Notes under the pieces: model-generated
What the model saw: the letters and a program-made list of their open reading frames with translations, nothing else
What the model was told of the DNA's origin: nothing
Database searches by the model: none
DNA from: Rickettsiales bacterium
GTDB taxonomy: Bacteria > Pseudomonadota > Alphaproteobacteria > Rickettsiales > JABIRX01
DNA length: 64,000 bases
Assembly (NCBI GenBank): GCA_965222515.1
Contig: CBDCUE010000021.1
Location: forward strand, 85,871 to 149,870
Direction: 5' to 3'
In this document: positions 19,839 to 30,380 of the stretch, piece by piece
How positions within the stretch are numbered: position 1 is the first letter of the stretch
Layout of the letters: each line of letters starts with the position of its first letter
Translations under genes and position numbers: made by a program

Positions 19839-20873
19839 ATATTTAAGCAAATTATCTATTTTATTATTATTTACTATTTTTTTTAAATTTTTTTCTAGCA
19901 CTTCTCTTGCTGATTTATTCACAATTAAGTTTTTGAAAATCTTTTGTATTTTTTCTTTTTGGTATTTTTTCTCTTCTAATAAAATCGTTGCATCATTATC
20001 ACTTAAAAATTTAGCATTTTGTAATTGATGATTATCGCTACTATAAATATATGGAATTAAAATTGAGGCTTTGTTAAAGAAAATTATTTCTGCCATAGAT
20101 GATGCTCCTGACCTAGCAATTACTAAATCTGCTTCAAAAATTCTTTTTTCCATATCATTAAAATAATCTTTTACCACATAATTTATCTTGGTTTTTTTTA
20201 ATATATCTGTTGTCTTATCACAAAATTCAGATCTTGCCTGCACAGTTAAATTTATTTTCTCAAAAATTTTTTTATCTAAAGAAGTAATTAAATCAAGAGT
20301 TATATCTGTAACAAATTTTGCTCCTTGAGAACCTCCTAAAGATACAATATTTATTGATTTAGAGCTAGATGCTTTATATTTGCTCTTGATAAAATTACCA
20401 GTATAAATAATTTTTTTCTTAAATTTATCAGATTTTTTTAGCTTAGGAAAATTACAAGCAATATATTTTGCAAATTTTGCAAAAAACAAATTAGACCTTC
20501 CTATAACTGAATTTTGCTCGTGTAGAATTAGAATTTTAAAGCATAATATTGCAGCAATATTACTGCTAATTCCTGTATAACCACCAAAACTGATAACTTT
20601 ATTAATTCTATTAAAAAAGATGGTATTATTAGTTTTTAGAATATTAATTAATAAATAAAATAAAAATTCTATAAATTTACTAGGTTTTTTAGAAAAAGGA
20701 GCTGCTTTTAAAATATGTATTTTGTAAGGCAAATCTTTAGGTAAATATTTTTTACAACGATCATCTGTGATAAAGGTAATTTTATATTTTTCCTTATGTA
20801 ATATTTTAGCAAGGTTAAGTGCAGGTGATAAATGCCCACCAGTTCCACCAGCTGATAACAAAATATTTTTCAT
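19833..20873 (-). CDS. murG: undecaprenyl-PP-MurNAc-pentapeptide UDP-GlcNAc transferase
   Basis: N-terminal GGTGGHLSPALNLA. C-terminal RSGASSMAEI and HQ..NA motifs. Confidence 0.9.
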   Translation of the reverse strand: MKNILLSAGGTGGHLSPALNLAKILHKEKYKITFITDDRCKKYLPKDLPYKIHILKAAPFSKKPSKFIEFLFYLLINILKTNNTIFFNRINKVISFGGYTGISSNIAAILCFKILILHEQNSVIGRSNLFFAKFAKYIACNFPKLKKSDKFKKKIIYTGNFIKSKYKASSSKSINIVSLGGSQGAKFVTDITLDLITSLDKKIFEKINLTVQARSEFCDKTTDILKKTKINYVVKDYFNDMEKRIFEADLVIARSGASSMAEIIFFNKASILIPYIYSSDNHQLQNAKFLSDNDATILLEEKKYQKEKIQKIFKNLIVNKSAREVLEKNLKKIVNNNKIDNLLKYL

Positions 20874-20899
20874 TAGTTTTTTTAATTAAGTTTGTTTTA

Positions 20900-21063
20900 T
20901 ACTATTTTAGCTTTATAATTGACCTATAGCCAAAAAGATATTTAGTAGAAATTGTTTTTTTTAATTATTTGTTAGCCATAGCTATAGCTAACAGATTATT
21001 AAAAAAAGCAATTTATGCTGAGCAGATTGAAGGCTATAGGTCAATTATAAAACTAAAATAGTA
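20900..21063. repeat. approx. 160-bp palindromic MITE-like element, copy 1
   Basis: 32-nt terminal inverted repeats tactattttagctttataattgacctatagcc / ggctataggtcaattataaaactaaaatagta (31/32). Inner palindrome gttagccatagctatagctaac. A second copy lies at 37664-37822. Confidence 0.8.
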
Positions 21064-21072
21064 TTAGTATAT

Positions 21073-21558
21073 TTAAAAACCTTTTATAGTAAAAAATTTT
21101 CCAGTTAACTCAAATCCTTGATTTTCATAAAATTTATGAGCTCTTTTATTTTCGACATACACAACTAAAGTAATTCTTCTTATTTTGTGTTTTTTTGCAT
21201 ATGATTTTATATAATCAACAAATTGTTGCCCTAATCCCTTAGATCTATATTCTTTTTTTATAAAAAAATTATCTAATTCTAAATATGAACCACACCAAAA
21301 ACGATAATTTTTCCAAACACCTACATAACCAATAATATTTTCTTTTTCATCTAAACCAAGAAGAATCTGATAACCTAAAGATTTCATATAATCTATTTTT
21401 TCTAAAAAATTGCTGTAATCTATACCAAAAGAACAAAAATCCCAAAAATCTTTATTTTCTTGAACAACTAAATCAAAAAACTCTTTATAAAATCTTTTTT
21501 CTATTTTTTTTATTATCATTTTTTTTTGAAAAATAAACTGTGTTAATATAAAGTGCAA
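21073..21558 (-). CDS. GNAT-family N-acetyltransferase
   Basis: Acetyl-CoA motif A RSKGLGQQFV and C-terminal FYENQGF. The real start is possibly the ATG at 21519. Confidence 0.75.
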   Translation of the reverse strand: MHFILTQFIFQKKMIIKKIEKRFYKEFFDLVVQENKDFWDFCSFGIDYSNFLEKIDYMKSLGYQILLGLDEKENIIGYVGVWKNYRFWCGSYLELDNFFIKKEYRSKGLGQQFVDYIKSYAKKHKIRRITLVVYVENKRAHKFYENQGFELTGKFFTIKGF

Positions 21559-22095
21559 TTATAATAAACAGTGAGCTAATAATTTGTTGCATTGTCATTG
21601 TTTCATCCAATATTAGAAAACATAAAAATATTGTAACAACGGGACCTGTACTATTGAGCAAAGCAAATTTAGTAGCTCCTATTAATTTTATTCCTTCACT
21701 TATTAATAAAAGTGGTAAAAATTAGAAAATATAGACATAGTAATAATTATTAGCCAAGCTAAATTTGAAATAGTGTTTATTTGCTCGAATGAAGAGGTTA
21801 AGAAAAATGTATATTCATTAATATACAAGAAAAGCTAATTGCATATCCTCTAAATAATATACTGCCTATTTCTTTGCTAGTTTGTTGATTGATAATCAGG
21901 TAAATTGCATAACTAATTGCTGCAAAAAAAGCAAAGTAAATAAAAAACGAAAATATAGCAAATAAGCAACTGATATATTCTCACTATAAGCAAATTTAAC
22001 CAAAACTGATCTAACCGATAGTAATAATGTGGCAATTAATATGAGAATTATACCTTTAGAAGAATCTTTTGAGATACATCCAATAATTGTTAATT
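21545..22095 (-). pseudogene. decayed EamA/DMT-family transporter remnant
   Basis: Minus-strand translation of 21545-21720 gives an EamA-type C-terminus (...GATKFALLNSTGPVVTIFLCFLILDETMTMQQIISSLFIIIALYI). Upstream parts are broken by stops, and no ORF of 60 aa or more is present. Confidence 0.5.
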
Positions 22096-22100
22096 ATATT

Positions 22101-23001
22101 TTATTCTAACTCTGCTGCAATGTTGTATTTTTTATATTTTATCAAAGTTATTTTTACTCCCAAAATCATCAAAATACTACCAATAACCATTATTTGTGTA
22201 AGAGGTTCATTTAATATAAGTACTCCACTAAAAACTCCAAAAATAGGAACTAACAACATTAGAAATATAATTTTATTAATAATATAATTTGTAATTAAAT
22301 ATCCCCAAATACCATGAGCAATTATTGAAGCAAATATTGCTGTGTATAAAAGTGCTAACCAATGTTTAAAAGATGTATCTTTTAAAATTTGTAAATGATT
22401 ATCTTCAAAAATAATGGATAAGATGATTGTGATGAAAAATGAAAAGAATGAAATCCAAGTAACTAAAGCTAGTGCAGATTTTGAATTTATTTTTTTTAAC
22501 CAAATGCAATATAAACCCCAACAAAAGCCTGATAATATTATTAAAAAAAATGCTAGCTTATTATCAATTGAGTTTGGAGTCTGTGCCAGCAATATAGTTC
22601 CTATAATGGCAAGAATCATACCAATATATTTTAAAGCATTAGGTTTTTTCTTTAAAAAACAAAAAAGCAAGTAATATAGTAAACGGAACTCCTATTTGAG
22701 TTACTACAACTCCAATAGATGCACTAATTCCTATATAAAGAGCAAAATACATAAATCCTAAATGACCTAATCCAAAAAATAATGAGACTATTACAATTTG
22801 TTTTATAGGTATAGGTGGCTTAGGGTAAAATGGAAATAAAATAATAAAGGCTATAAAGAATCTTATAGATAAGGCAAGAAAAGGAGGAAAATTAGTTAAA
22901 GCAATTTTTGAGATTGTAAAATTAAATCCCCAAATACTTACAGAAATTAATGCCAACACTACAAGTAATATGGGATATTTTTTGATTAATGAGTTATTCA
23001 T
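22101..23001 (-). pseudogene. EamA/DMT-family transporter split by one frameshift
   Basis: The 120-aa N-terminal ORF (22639-23001) and 189-aa C-terminal ORF (22101-22670) together form one 10-TM EamA protein. The junction lies in an A/T homopolymer-rich stretch (...ttttttctttaaaaaacaaaaaagc...). Confidence 0.7.
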
Positions 23002-23124
23002 AATTAATTTTTCCTTATTCTGTTGAAGAAAGATATAATAATTTTGAATTTATTCAAGTTTTTTAATATTTATTTTCTTTAACAACACAAAAAAAAGAGT
23101 AATTTTTGTTACAAATTCTATTTT

Positions 23125-23172
23125 TTCTATAATTAGAATTGTTGCCTGCAAGGGGTAACAGTTTCCTCGAGC
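23125..23172. repeat. composite dispersed repeat (ataattagaatt module + ctgcaagggg...module), copy A
   Basis: ttctataattagaattgttgcctgcaaggggtaacagtttcctcgagc. Related copies lie at 26781-26880 and 38001-38060. Confidence 0.6.
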
Positions 23173-23290
23173 ATAATTGCTATTATGAAATAGCCCTACC
23201 CCTTTACTTTGTGATAGAAAAATAGTGTTAGAAAAAAAATAGCTAAGAAGTTTTAGCTAGGGATAATAAGTAAATATTTATTTTGATGAC

Positions 23291-23306
23291 AATTAGGAGT
23301 AGTGGG
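23291..23306 (-). other. 16S trailer half of a putative pre-rRNA processing stem
   Basis: aattaggagtagtggg is the reverse complement (15/16) of cccactactcttaatt at 24941-24956, so the two halves bracket the 16S gene. Confidence 0.5.
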
Positions 23307-23369
23307 AAGATAAATTTTGTGTCAATATATTGGAATATTATAGATCTAGTCTATAAACCAATATATTAG

Positions 23370-24873
<1,504 letters not shown>

Positions 24874-24940
24874 ATCCTTAAGATTTTTACATCTTAAATT
24901 GTTTTGACAGATCTAGTCTGTCTTTTGGAATTTACGGTTT

Positions 24941-24956
24941 CCCACTACTCTTAATT
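24941..24956 (-). other. 16S leader half of a putative pre-rRNA processing stem
   Basis: Complementary to 23291-23306 (see that feature). Lies about 70 nt upstream of the mature 5' end. Confidence 0.5.
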
Positions 24957-25192
24957 ATTATCAAAATTATTTATTTGAAACAATTTTATTTAATTAATTG
25001 TAATTAAAAAACATTATTTATATTTACTTATATCAAAGAACTTTCCTTGTAATTTTAACAATAGTTGCAACAAGGAGAGCTATTTATAACTAGGCTATAA
25101 CTAATAGTCAAACTTTTTTTATAAAATCATTGTTTTTTTATCAGGGATGTTTGATGCAGGTTGATTGATGTGATAAAAAACCCTAAAAATAA

Positions 25193-25220
25193 GGGAATTA
25201 TATACATAAATCCACAAAAT
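25193..25220. repeat. left 28-bp inverted repeat of the methyltransferase-HNH cassette
   Basis: gggaattatatacataaatccacaaaat is the exact reverse complement of 26727-26754. Confidence 0.9.
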
Positions 25221-25337
25221 AATATAGCTGATTAATAATATTAAATTATTGAATAAAAATTATAGAATGGTAATATTAAAAATATTGATTTGTAGTATGA
25301 TTAATAAAAGACTAACTTATAAGAAATTAATAGCATA

Positions 25338-26564
25338 GTGAAAAACACATTATATACAGGAGATAATCTATACATATTAAATGGAATGAATAGTGAGTCT
25401 GTTGATTTGATTTATTTAGACCCTCCTTTTAATTCAAAGAGATTTTATTCTGCTCCAGTCGGAACTAAAGCAGCAGGGACTAGTTTTAAAGATATGTGGA
25501 CTTGGCAAGATATAGATGAAGGATATTTAGAAAAAATGATTGTTAATTACCCTTTTATGACTAGTTATATTCAAGCAATAGAGGGTATAAGTGGTAAAGC
25601 TATGATGTCTTATGTAATATATATGACTCAAAGAATAATAGAATTACATAGAATATTAAAAGAAACGGGAAGTTTTTATTTACATTGTGATTCTACAGCT
25701 AGTCATTATTTAAAAATAATTTTAGATAGAATATTCGGTAAGGATAATTTTGTTAATAATATTAATTGGTGTTATAATACACAAGGAAAGCCAAAAAAAG
25801 GATTTGCTAAAAAACATGATGATATTTTATTTTATGTTAAAAACAAAAAATTATTTATATTTAATAAGATAACTATAGCACCAAATGACATTGCAAGATA
25901 TAACAAAACAGAAAAAGATACAGGTAAAAAATATCAAATAGATGGTAAGGGGTATAAGTATTATTTAGACAAGGGAAGATATTGTCCTGATTATTGGGAT
26001 ATACCAGCTTTAACTAGCAATAGCAAAGAAAGAACAGGATACCCAACTCAAAAACCATTGTCATTATTACATAGAATTATAAAAGCAAGTAGTAATGAAA
26101 GGGACGTTGTATTAGACCCTTTTTGTGGTTGTGCAACAACTTGTGTTGCTTCACAGCAATTAAATAGACAATGGATAGGGATTGATATTGAAAAAAAAGC
26201 AACAGAAATTTTAATTGATAGATTAAGCGATGATGCTGGTTTATTTAGTGATTTTATCCATAGAACAGATATACCAGAAAGAACTGATATAAAAAAAGAA
26301 GCTATAACCAAAACAATAAAAGAAAAGCTATTTAAAGAGCAAAAAGGAGTATGTAATGGTTGTAATGTTACAATTGATCTATGGCATTTTGAGGTTGACC
26401 ATATTATACCAAAATCAAAAGGAGGGGGAGATTATTATAATAATTATCAATTATTATGTGGTAATTGTAATAGAACAAAAGGTAATAGACCTATGGAGTA
26501 TCTTAATATGAAAATCAAAGCAAGAGATGAACTTATGAAAAACAAAATAACATTTGGAGGTTAA
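25338..26564 (+). CDS. beta-class (N6A/N4C) DNA methyltransferase fused to a C-terminal HNH endonuclease domain
   Basis: Motif IV IYLDPPFN lies N-terminal and motif I VLDPFCGCATT downstream, which is the beta-class order. The C-terminus has CNGCN...EVDHIIPKSKGG...NYQLLCGNCNRTKGN (CxxC...H-N...CxxC HNH zinc-finger nuclease). GTG start. Confidence 0.85.
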   Translation: MKNTLYTGDNLYILNGMNSESVDLIYLDPPFNSKRFYSAPVGTKAAGTSFKDMWTWQDIDEGYLEKMIVNYPFMTSYIQAIEGISGKAMMSYVIYMTQRIIELHRILKETGSFYLHCDSTASHYLKIILDRIFGKDNFVNNINWCYNTQGKPKKGFAKKHDDILFYVKNKKLFIFNKITIAPNDIARYNKTEKDTGKKYQIDGKGYKYYLDKGRYCPDYWDIPALTSNSKERTGYPTQKPLSLLHRIIKASSNERDVVLDPFCGCATTCVASQQLNRQWIGIDIEKKATEILIDRLSDDAGLFSDFIHRTDIPERTDIKKEAITKTIKEKLFKEQKGVCNGCNVTIDLWHFEVDHIIPKSKGGGDYYNNYQLLCGNCNRTKGNRPMEYLNMKIKARDELMKNKITFGG

Positions 26565-26571
26565 TAAACTG

Positions 26572-26724
26572 ATGTTAAACAAACCTATAAAAGAAAAAGA
26601 TTTAAAAAAATGTATTAATGATGTATTCTTTAATAAAAAGAATACAGATAATAAGGTTGATTATATAAATAAAAAACCTACTCAAAAAGAATTAAATACT
26701 AAGTTTAAAATTAAGGGGAAATAA
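26572..26724 (+). CDS. hypothetical 50-aa Lys-rich ORF inside the cassette
   Basis: ATG 8 nt after the methyltransferase stop: MLNKPIKEKDLKKCINDVFFNKKNTDNKVDYINKKPTQKELNTKFKIKGK. It ends 2 nt before the right inverted repeat. Too short for the track and may be non-coding. Confidence 0.25.
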   Translation: MLNKPIKEKDLKKCINDVFFNKKNTDNKVDYINKKPTQKELNTKFKIKGK

Positions 26725-26726
26725 TA

Positions 26727-26754
26727 ATTTTGTGGATTTATGTATATAATTCCC
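26727..26754. repeat. right 28-bp inverted repeat of the methyltransferase-HNH cassette
   Basis: attttgtggatttatgtatataattccc is the exact reverse complement of 25193-25220. Confidence 0.9.
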
Positions 26755-26780
26755 AAAAATAATTACTACCCCACAAACAG

Positions 26781-26880
26781 CAACAATTCTAATTATGGAA
26801 AAAGAGGTAGCCGTTTTTCTTGTTATGACACAGTCTGCAAGGGGGGAGCAGTTGCTCCGAGCTTTTCTTTGAATTTACTA
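26781..26880. repeat. composite dispersed repeat, copy C (contains the GGGGGGAGCAGTTGCTCC core)
   Basis: caacaattctaattatggaa is the reverse complement (19/20) of 23125-23144. The core ggggggagcagttgctccgagcttttctttgaattt recurs at 49615-49660 (inverted), 55100-55135 (inverted) and 38021-38060. Confidence 0.7.
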
Positions 26881-26904
26881 AAACTCGCTATAGCCCTATT
26901 ATAA

Positions 26905-27420
26905 TCAATTTTGTTTTAGCATATAAGTAATTCTTTCAAATGAGACAGGACCTCTGATATGAGAAATTATTGTGTTATCTTTAGAAAGCAAAAAAGTTTC
27001 TGGAACTCCTATGATTCTAAAAACCTGTTTGCTTTTTTTACCAGTTCTATCCATAGCAATGATTTTGTAAGGATTACCGTTAATTTTTAGCCACTCCTCA
27101 ACCGATATCTGGTTATTTTTCCAAGCAATGCCAATAATTTCAAGATTCTTAATGTTTGATAATTTTAATAAAGTTTTATGCTCTTCGTAACAAGTTTTGC
27201 ACCAGCTAGCAAAAAAATTGATTAACTTATATTTTGAATTTGATAATTGTTCACTGTTAAAAACCTTATTTTCTTCTCCAAGCAAAGGCAAAACTAATGC
27301 AGGTGCTTTTTTTCCTGCCAAATAGCCCATCTCAACTCTCTTCTCTTTATTAAAAAGATTACTAAATAAGAAAAATAATAATATTACAGATGCTAATAAT
27401 GTTATTGTAGTATTTTTCAT
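26905..27420 (-). CDS. periplasmic thiol:disulfide oxidoreductase (TlpA/DsbE/CcmG-like thioredoxin)
   Basis: N-terminal membrane anchor. Thioredoxin active site FFASWCKTCYEEH. GVPETFLL motif. Confidence 0.8.
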   Translation of the reverse strand: MKNTTITLLASVILLFFLFSNLFNKEKRVEMGYLAGKKAPALVLPLLGEENKVFNSEQLSNSKYKLINFFASWCKTCYEEHKTLLKLSNIKNLEIIGIAWKNNQISVEEWLKINGNPYKIIAMDRTGKKSKQVFRIIGVPETFLLSKDNTIISHIRGPVSFERITYMLKQN

Positions 27421-28034
27421 TTTCTATTTTTTCTTTTAAAAATTATAACATAAGTAACGATACAAATAATAACAAAAATTAGTAATACTATTGAAATAAT
27501 AAAAAGATTTTCTTTTAAAAACACTTCATTATGAGCGAACAACATTCCTGTAATGGTTAGAATTATCATCCAAATTCCACTTCCTAATGCAGTAAAAAAA
27601 ATAAATTTGTTTAAATTCATTGATGCAATTCCTGCTGGAAAAGATATATATTGTCTAATTCCAGGAATTAATCTTCCAGTAAAGGTTGAAATTGCTCCAT
27701 GAGTATTAAAAAATTTTTGCATCTTATCTAATTCTTTGTTTTTTAAGAAAAAATATTTACCAAATTTTTTTAAAAATTTATACCCTAAAGTTTTTGCAAT
27801 ATAATAATTTACTAAACCACCTGCAATACTTCCCAAAACACCAGCTGATACCACCAAAACAAATGACAATTCTCCTTTGCTAACTAAATAACCAGCAGGA
27901 ATCATTACCACTTCACTAGGAAATGGTATAAAGCTACTTTCTAGCATCATTAAAAGAAAAATTATAGGGTAATTATATGTTGCAATTATATCATTAACAT
28001 TTCCTATTATAGAGAAAAATATGTCTTCAATCAT
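27417..28034 (-). CDS. DedA-family inner-membrane protein
   Basis: SFIPFPSEVVMIPAGY and GRLIPGIRQYISFPAG motifs. 205 aa. Confidence 0.85.
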   Translation of the reverse strand: MIEDIFFSIIGNVNDIIATYNYPIIFLLMMLESSFIPFPSEVVMIPAGYLVSKGELSFVLVVSAGVLGSIAGGLVNYYIAKTLGYKFLKKFGKYFFLKNKELDKMQKFFNTHGAISTFTGRLIPGIRQYISFPAGIASMNLNKFIFFTALGSGIWMIILTITGMLFAHNEVFLKENLFIISIVLLIFVIICIVTYVIIFKRKNRK

Positions 28035-28099
28035 TTTTTTTAAATATGTAATTATAAAAAAATTATATTATCATTAAAGCTTAAAAATAATAGATTTTT

Positions 28100-30253
28100 T
28101 TGATTTTTTTTCTTATGCACATATATAATGTTATTTTACCTATAAAACTAAACCAAATTTTTTCTTATTTAAGTCAAGAAAACTTAGAGATTGGGGATAT
28201 TGTGCTAGTTCCTTTTGGCAGAATGAAAAAAACAGCTATTATTTGGCAAATAGTAAATTCTACTAATATTAAAAAATTAAAAGAAATAAAAAAAACAATA
28301 TCTAAAAGAAAATATAATAAAAATTATCTTAAATTTATCAAAAGATTTGCTGATTATAATTTAATTTCTTTGGGACAAGTTGCAGATTTGATTTTACCTA
28401 ATCAAAAAATATTAGATTATTTTTTAGAAAAAAATTATTATTACATCAAAAACAAAAATCTAACTCTTACCAAACAAAGGAAACTCTTGCTTGATTATTT
28501 AAATATAGAAAAAGAGGAAGAAAATATTATTAATGATTTAAAAACAAGCAAAACTTATTTACAAGCACAAATAAAAGCTGGATTCTTGCAAAAAACTGCA
28601 AAAGAAACTTTTTCTGATGTTAGTAAAGAATATATTTTGAATCAAGATATCAGTCTATCGGCTGAACAAGAAAAAGTTTTTTTTCAAATCAAAGAAAATT
28701 TAAAAAGCTTTTCAGTTAGCTTGATAAATGGAGTTACTGGAAGTGGAAAAACAGAAATATATTTTAGATTAATTGCAGAAGTTTTAGAAAAACAAACAGA
28801 AGATTCACAAATTCTAATTCTAGTTCCTGAAATATTACTCACCAAGCAATTATTAGATAAATTCCAAAAAAGATTTGCTCAAAAACCTTTTTTGTGGCAT
28901 TCTGCAACTCCTATTGCTAATAAAAAGAAAATCTGGTATAATCTAAAAAATGAAAAAATAATTATTGGTACTAGATCCTCCCTATTTCTACCATTTCACA
29001 ATTTAAAATTAATTATTTTAGATGAGGAACACGACAATTCTTACAAGCAAGAAGATATTGTTTCTTATAATGCAAGAGATATGGCCGTGTTAAAAGGATA
29101 TATTGAAAATATTCCTATTATTTTAGGCACCGCAACCCCTTCATTAGAAACAATTTTAAATATCAAACAAGGAAAATATAAAGAATATTTTTTGAAAAAC
29201 AGATATGGGCAAGCAGAACTTCCTGAAATTAATATCATAGATCTAAAAAAAGAATTTGCTTTAGTTCAAGACAAAAATAAACAAATTATTACAGAAAGAT
29301 TAAAAGATGAAATTAGAAAAACTCTTTTTAAAAAAGAGCAAGTTTTATTATTTTTAAATAGAAAAGGCTATGCACCATTAAATATTTGTCTTGGCTGTGG
29401 CTATAAGTATCAATGTAATAATTGCCAAATTTTTTTGGTAGCATATAAAAGCAGAAACATTTTAACTTGTCATCATTGTGATTATACTATTTCTACAGAA
29501 AAAAACTGCCCATCTTGCAAAGAAGAAACAAAAATATTAAATATTGGTTTTGGGGTAGAAAAATTGCAAGAAACCATAAAAAAGAATTTTGTAAATAGCA
29601 ATATTGCAGTTTTAACTGCAGAAAAAAGCAAAGAAGAATTAAAACAATCTTTTCAAGATATAGAAGATAATAAAATTGATATAATAATTGGCACTCAAAT
29701 CTTAAGTAAAGGTCATCACTTCAAAAACCTAACCTTGGTTGGAGTGATTGATGCAGATATATCAGATAGCACGGATATTAGAGCAAATGAGAAAATGTTT
29801 CAATTAATTCAGCAAATATCAGGTAGAGCTGGCAGAGAGCAGAAAAAAGGCAGAATCTTTTTGCAAAGCCTAAACCCAGATGTAGCTTTTTTGCAAGCAA
29901 TCAAAAATTATGATATAGATAATTTTTATCAATTAGAAATAAATAGCAGAAAAAAATTTAACCTACCTCCATACAGCAAATTTGTGGCTATAATTGTTTC
30001 TCACAAGCAAAAAAATATTGCAGAAGAAACAGCAAATGATTTAGCAAACTATTTTAAGAACTGGCAAGAAGTAAAAGTTTTAGGGGTGATTAAAGCACCA
30101 TTATTTTTTTTAAGAAATCATTATAGATTTCGTATTTTATTAAAATTAGAAAAAAAACACAATATCAAAACTGTTTTTGATCCTATTTTTGATGAAATCT
30201 TAAAAAATAAAGCAAAAATAAAAATAGATGTTGACCCGATGAATTTTTTGTAG
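28100..30253 (+). CDS. priA: primosomal protein N' (replication restart helicase PriA)
   Basis: Walker A GVTGSGKTEIY, DEEHD box, and Cys-rich zinc-binding insert CLGCGYKYQCNNCQ...CHHCDY...CPSC. The track uses a TTG start at 28100, and an in-frame ATG is at 28115. Confidence 0.9.
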   Translation: MIFFLMHIYNVILPIKLNQIFSYLSQENLEIGDIVLVPFGRMKKTAIIWQIVNSTNIKKLKEIKKTISKRKYNKNYLKFIKRFADYNLISLGQVADLILPNQKILDYFLEKNYYYIKNKNLTLTKQRKLLLDYLNIEKEEENIINDLKTSKTYLQAQIKAGFLQKTAKETFSDVSKEYILNQDISLSAEQEKVFFQIKENLKSFSVSLINGVTGSGKTEIYFRLIAEVLEKQTEDSQILILVPEILLTKQLLDKFQKRFAQKPFLWHSATPIANKKKIWYNLKNEKIIIGTRSSLFLPFHNLKLIILDEEHDNSYKQEDIVSYNARDMAVLKGYIENIPIILGTATPSLETILNIKQGKYKEYFLKNRYGQAELPEINIIDLKKEFALVQDKNKQIITERLKDEIRKTLFKKEQVLLFLNRKGYAPLNICLGCGYKYQCNNCQIFLVAYKSRNILTCHHCDYTISTEKNCPSCKEETKILNIGFGVEKLQETIKKNFVNSNIAVLTAEKSKEELKQSFQDIEDNKIDIIIGTQILSKGHHFKNLTLVGVIDADISDSTDIRANEKMFQLIQQISGRAGREQKKGRIFLQSLNPDVAFLQAIKNYDIDNFYQLEINSRKKFNLPPYSKFVAIIVSHKQKNIAEETANDLANYFKNWQEVKVLGVIKAPLFFLRNHYRFRILLKLEKKHNIKTVFDPIFDEILKNKAKIKIDVDPMNFL

Positions 30254-30380
30254 AGTGTAAGTGGAGAAGTTGCACAATTTTATTTCGTTTGTTATATATT
30301 CCTCTATGATATAACATTTAAATCAATATATTTCTATCTGTGCTATTTTGAGTTAAAAATACCAAAGAAGAGTATTTAAA

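Noticed and set aside
25338-26564. Possibility that the methyltransferase-HNH gene marks a prophage
   Set aside because: No integrase, terminase, capsid, tail or lysis genes occur within several kb on either side. The unit is delimited by its own 28-bp inverted repeats.
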